DNA from: Eledone cirrhosa
Taxonomy: Eukaryota
Length of the DNA: 64,000 nucleotides
NCBI GenBank assembly: GCA_964016885.1
Contig: OZ024749.1
Coordinates: 46,686,001 to 46,750,000 of the forward strand
Reading direction: 5' to 3'
Below are positions 59,088 to 64,000 of this stretch, in pieces. Made by a program: the position numbers and the translations under genes. Under the pieces are notes generated by a model. The model was given only the letters and a program-made list of their open reading frames with translations, was not told the DNA's origin and made no database searches. Numbering within the stretch: the stretch's first letter is position 1; each line of letters starts with the position of its first letter.

Positions 59088-59632
59088 ATCATCATCATCA
59101 TCATCATCATCATCGTTTAACGTCCATCTTCCACGCCTGCATGGGTTTGGACGGGAGTTTTCCCACTTGAGGCAAGAGTGGTTGTCTCGCTCGCATAGGA
59201 CTGTCTGGCGGGTTTTCTACGGCTGGATGCCCTTCCTAACACCAAACGCGTTTACAGTGTGGACTGGGAGGTTTTTACCGTGTTACCCACACGGCCACAT
59301 TACAGCGTGGACTGTGTGTTTTTTTTGTCGTGACACCTACACGACCTAATTTGTTTCGGACTGGATGTTGTTGTACCAACATAACTTTACATTGAAAGGG
59401 GTGGTGTCGATAGGGTAGGGGTAGTGGGACGGGGGTGTATTTTGTTAGAGATGCCTACTGACTGTAGTAGGTTTCACTTTGTACTTAGGTAAGGCGGGTA
59501 TTCTGTATTACTGTGTAGCGCCAAAGATCTCGGTCCAGTGACATTGTCTTGGAGAGATGTAAGTGTGTGAGTTCGGAATTTATCAAGTCGTCCCAGGTTT
59601 TACTGGGTCTGCCTACTCCGTGGCTACCGTCT
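59088..59632 (-). mobile_element. RTE-clade LINE 3' end with (GAT)n tail
   Basis: RC translation DGSHGVGRPSKTWDDLINSEL (RTE GRP.KTW motif); (CAT)n followed by cgtttaacgtcc..acggctggatgcccttcctaac. Confidence 0.75.
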
Positions 59633-59710
59633 ATTATATATATATTTGTCCCAAGGCTCTGATACCATCAACACTATACACACAGAGCTGACATATCTAA
59701 GAACTGACTA

Positions 59711-59766
59711 ACTGCCTGATGAGGACATAGCCATTCACTGGCTATGATCCAAATATATATAGCAGT
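59711..59766 (+). ncRNA. Type I hammerhead lacking G12 (probably inactivated), in a ~170-bp island
   Basis: ACTGC-CTGATGA-GGACATAGCCA-ttcac-TGGCTATGaTCC-(G missing)AAA-TATATA-TA-GCAGT. Confidence 0.85.
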
Positions 59767-59832
59767 AAATAAAGGATTATGAGTTCATGCAATTGACTTA
59801 TGTTTCGTCACTATCTATATATATATATATAT

Positions 59833-59961
<129 letters not shown>

Positions 59962-60900
59962 ATAATTATAATGAAATGACAGGAGGCTGGATTTGTGTAA
60001 ATCTTTGAAAGGGTACTCTCTATATTATTACATTGCGATTGACCATACGGAATTGACCAGCTCTATCCAGTGGTGAACCTCAAACCTGAATATATATATA
60101 TATAGCTTTCACCGTACTTTTGAGACTAAAATAATTTTAGCCTGATAATGGGGTGTAGAGCCCTCAGATAAATGGAAAATGATGAGTATTGACGTACATG
60201 GGAGTCGAACCCGCATCTTAGTTTCAAAACATACTTATTTGATATATATATATACATATATATATATATATGAATCAATCAGCTTTACTCATCGAGAACT
60301 TATTCTTCCTTTATATTTCGTTGATCCTACAATTTCAAACCATTACAAGTAGACATCATTGCAGATATCAGTATTACGTACGCAAAATGTAAATATAAAA
60401 ATGTCCTACTGTAATCTTGAAATACCATGTAACACATCAAATTCAAATATATTAAGTGAAAGGTTTTGAGTCACAAATTACTATTATATGTTATCCTTGC
60501 ATATACTGTAGTAATAAAGCAATTCCAGAAAATGCGAAAGGAAGTGTCATGTAACATTATGGTCGAGTAAAATATATTTAGAATAATGGCAGCCTTGAAC
60601 AAAAAAATTAAATGTATTTCGACCCAAGATTGCAAGCTGTAATGCATTTCTGATATAACAATCTCCGGTTTTAGTTTAAATGCAGGGCAGGAAATATAGG
60701 AATGTGGTAACATCAATGACAGAGAAGGATCAATACTGAATACTCTCTTATTTTCAAATAAAAAAAAAGCTTGAAATCGTTTCCTTAAAATCGCTGGTAT
60801 CACAAACCATCTCTCTCCGGAAATAAGATGTAGTTCATTCAACCGTAGAAAATGAGAGTAATATCTAAATGTTGGGGTAACACTGCAGAATATCATATAT

Positions 60901-61086
60901 GTGGATTGGCAGTATCGGTAGAGGGTCGGACGCCATGCTTTGACGCAAAGAGTTACGACCTTTCCATTCTGAGTTCAAATCCCGGCAAGGTTAATTTTGC
61001 CTTTCATCCTTACGAGGTCGATAACATTAAGTATCAGTAATACACCGAGTATTTGCTGGCCTTGTGCGAAAATTAGAAACAATTAT
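60901..61086 (+). mobile_element. tRNA-derived SINE (same family)
   Basis: As 26184-26376. Confidence 0.9.
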
Positions 61087-61088
61087 AG

Positions 61089-61139
<51 letters not shown>

Positions 61140-61155
61140 CATATATATACATATA

Positions 61156-61235
<80 letters not shown>

Positions 61236-61512
61236 ATATCATTAGTTGTAAATGCAAATGTGATACGTCTAGGTATATAGTTACGTTGGGTCATATACCC
61301 AACACATTTGACCTGTTATATAGAAGGCTGCATCAATTATGGTGTACAAAGCAACGACATTTATGTACTTGTATATACCACTATTGTATCTAGTCCTACG
61401 AACTGTGCTCTTATCCTTGGATATATCTATCCAACTTATACTATAGTGTACATATATATATATAAATCAAAAGTATAGAAATTGTTGTAGCGAGAAGCTA
61501 ACAGTATTCCAT

Positions 61513-61597
<85 letters not shown>

Positions 61598-61662
61598 GCA
61601 TATACATGTGTATGTGTGTGTGCGTGTGTTTATGTGCGTGTGTGCGTGTGTGTGTGTGCGTG

Positions 61663-61694
<32 letters not shown>

Positions 61695-63045
61695 AGAGTG
61701 TGTGTGTGCGTGTGATGCAAGCGTTGAATAATAAAATTAACACAAACTTGAATTCCTGGTATGAAATTGGCGGAAGAGTGATATAGGTTACCTATATCAA
61801 AATCTGCTTCGCGCTATCTTCGACGCACTCGCTTACATAGTCATGCTTGCATATGTCTATATGTGAGATTGCTTATTTGTACGTGTCTGTGTGTCTGTTT
61901 CAGTGATTGTTTGTTTATCGAGTTATGTCAGATTATAGGATTCATATTTCCGCAAGCATTTCTATTTTAAATGCAGTAAAATCTACATCATATCACCTTG
62001 GTCGGTTACAATAGCCTCAATTCACGGCAGGTAAATACAAGTTTCATGAACGCTACCATTCTCCTCTACCATCATATTTTGTACAACATAAAGAAGTTTA
62101 ACTACATCAAAGTAAGTAAGCAGTACAATACAAATTGTCATAAAGTTTATTGCCATTATATATAAGTATACTGAAAACAAATAGTTTGTTTGAAAAAGAT
62201 AATTATTTGTTGGGATACAAGAATGAAGCCTGGTAGGCTTACATTTACCAATTTCTAATTAAAACCACGGTAACTCTTACATATTGAAGATACACATATT
62301 TACGGTGATATGATAAATACCATCATATTATACAAGATGGGAAAGTGCGTCAATATTTGATTTATATCATAAACCTTTCAATTTAAATCCATGTTGATTT
62401 CATTTCTCTTCATGCTAAACAGTTGTCAATACGAAACTATACATAAATCACGTACTGAAATCGTTACCATCGATTATACAGCTCCTCTTATCTAACAAAT
62501 AAATATTTCTGGCGTCAGTTGCTTTGCTTGTATTAACAAGCACATTTTTCTTAAATCAGAACCAGATTTGTGTATGTATTTTTCTTCTTCATTTTAATTA
62601 GACACGCCAATGCGATCTCATATACATGTATTCAATAATTCTGATGATACGCCTTTATTGTGGCACTAATGCTTCAGATTTTTTCTTGGAGTTAACCTGA
62701 AACATCAGTGGTGTATGGCTCGGGATTTGACTTGTATTGCAATCTGTGGTCTACTTCACCTGTGGTCTTCTTTAACGTGTTTCACCACCAGATAATCATA
62801 TCAAATATATCTGAAATGTATATGGTGAATTATTTAATAGCTGTACATTTTAAAGTTTTAATTGACTATACAATCTTATGTGAAATACATATCATTATCT
62901 TACTTCTTCTGAGTTATCTTCTTCTTTAAAACATCAAACGCAAAATAATTATTTATATAATCAGTATACTGCCAGGTGTCTGTCACCCACAACGGCACAC
63001 ACACTCACACCCACTCACACACATACACACACATATATATATATA

Positions 63046-63328
63046 GTGGTAGAACACTGGAAGGTAATGTCTGTAGTGGTAGAGCACTCAGCCTATGGGA
63101 TGAGTTAGGTAGAAGTGGTTACACAAAAGTTAGTTCACCATACCGAGAACAATTGTTTCACCGTAGCGGATCTCCTCAGCTCGTAATGGACATGCTTATA
63201 CGGAACACGAATGACCTGTTCCGTATAATCCTTTCCGTATAACCATGTCAATTACGAGGTGAGGATCCCCGAAGGTGAAACAATTGTTTTGTTCTCGGTA
63301 TGGTAAACTTACTGTTGTGTAACCACTT
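63046..63328 (-). mobile_element. Fold-back mini-element (tail 63046-63112; arms 63113-63206 / 63233-63328) between (TA)n tracts
   Basis: Inverted arms; HHR in the left arm, decayed mirror (GTGAGGA) in the right arm; ACTC..GAGTGC at 63084-63105. Confidence 0.85.
63144..63183 (-). ncRNA. Type I hammerhead ribozyme, core intact
   Basis: RC: CGAG-CTGAGGA-gatCCG-cta-CGGt-GAAA-CAATTG-TT-CTCG. Confidence 0.8.
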
Positions 63329-63740
<412 letters not shown>

Positions 63741-64000
63741 AATTACATACACATATAAACACAAACAGACATACGCATACTAGTGAGTAGAGTATACTAC
63801 TGTGAGTAATTAAACCAAAATAGGTGACGACATACGTGCTATAAATATACGCCAAACCACCTCGAAAATCTGAAACATTCGTCAAAGCGTTACATAGAAG
63901 TTTACTGCACGTTCGTCACTCGAACGCCTCTGACTATATGACTTGAGCAACGATTACTTGACGCTAAGGAAAGCGAACAGTAGGGTGCATCACTTCTCAA

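Noticed and set aside
60471-60896. 141-aa non-repetitive minus-strand ORF
   Set aside because: No recognisable domain; cannot be supported without a database search

Overview
AT-rich, microsatellite-dense eukaryotic DNA. The SINE and RTE repeats suggest a mollusc, probably a cephalopod (octopus-like); this is inference only. No intact host gene is evident, and nearly all listed ORFs are microsatellite artefacts. Recognisable transposon remnants are a 5'-truncated, disrupted Naiad-type Penelope-like retroelement (PLE; RT plus GIY-YIG, 34.7-36.3 kb) inside ~750-bp inverted pLTRs, three further PLE GIY-YIG 3' fragments, two CRE-type LINE endonuclease fragments, an RTE 3' end, Helitron fragments and four tRNA-derived SINEs. 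The main signal, absent from the ORF track, is more than 20 type I hammerhead ribozyme (HHR) motifs, found by eye, in short islands mostly bounded by (TA)n tracts. They belong to several families I could not align to each other, and many islands are fold-backs with a ribozyme on each strand. Highlights: (i) a 593-bp tandem unit bracketed by two near-identical HHRs with a covarying U3-A8 core and a ~48-nt loop 2, consistent with a retrozyme/circular-RNA monomer; (ii) further U3-A8 cores, including a near-perfect ~300-bp palindrome; (iii) a shared ACTC...GAGT(A/G)C 3' tail motif, with the short arm of the fold-backs ending ~5-7 nt upstream of ACTC in several families. Ribozyme activity is untested; coordinates were counted by hand and may be off by a few bases.
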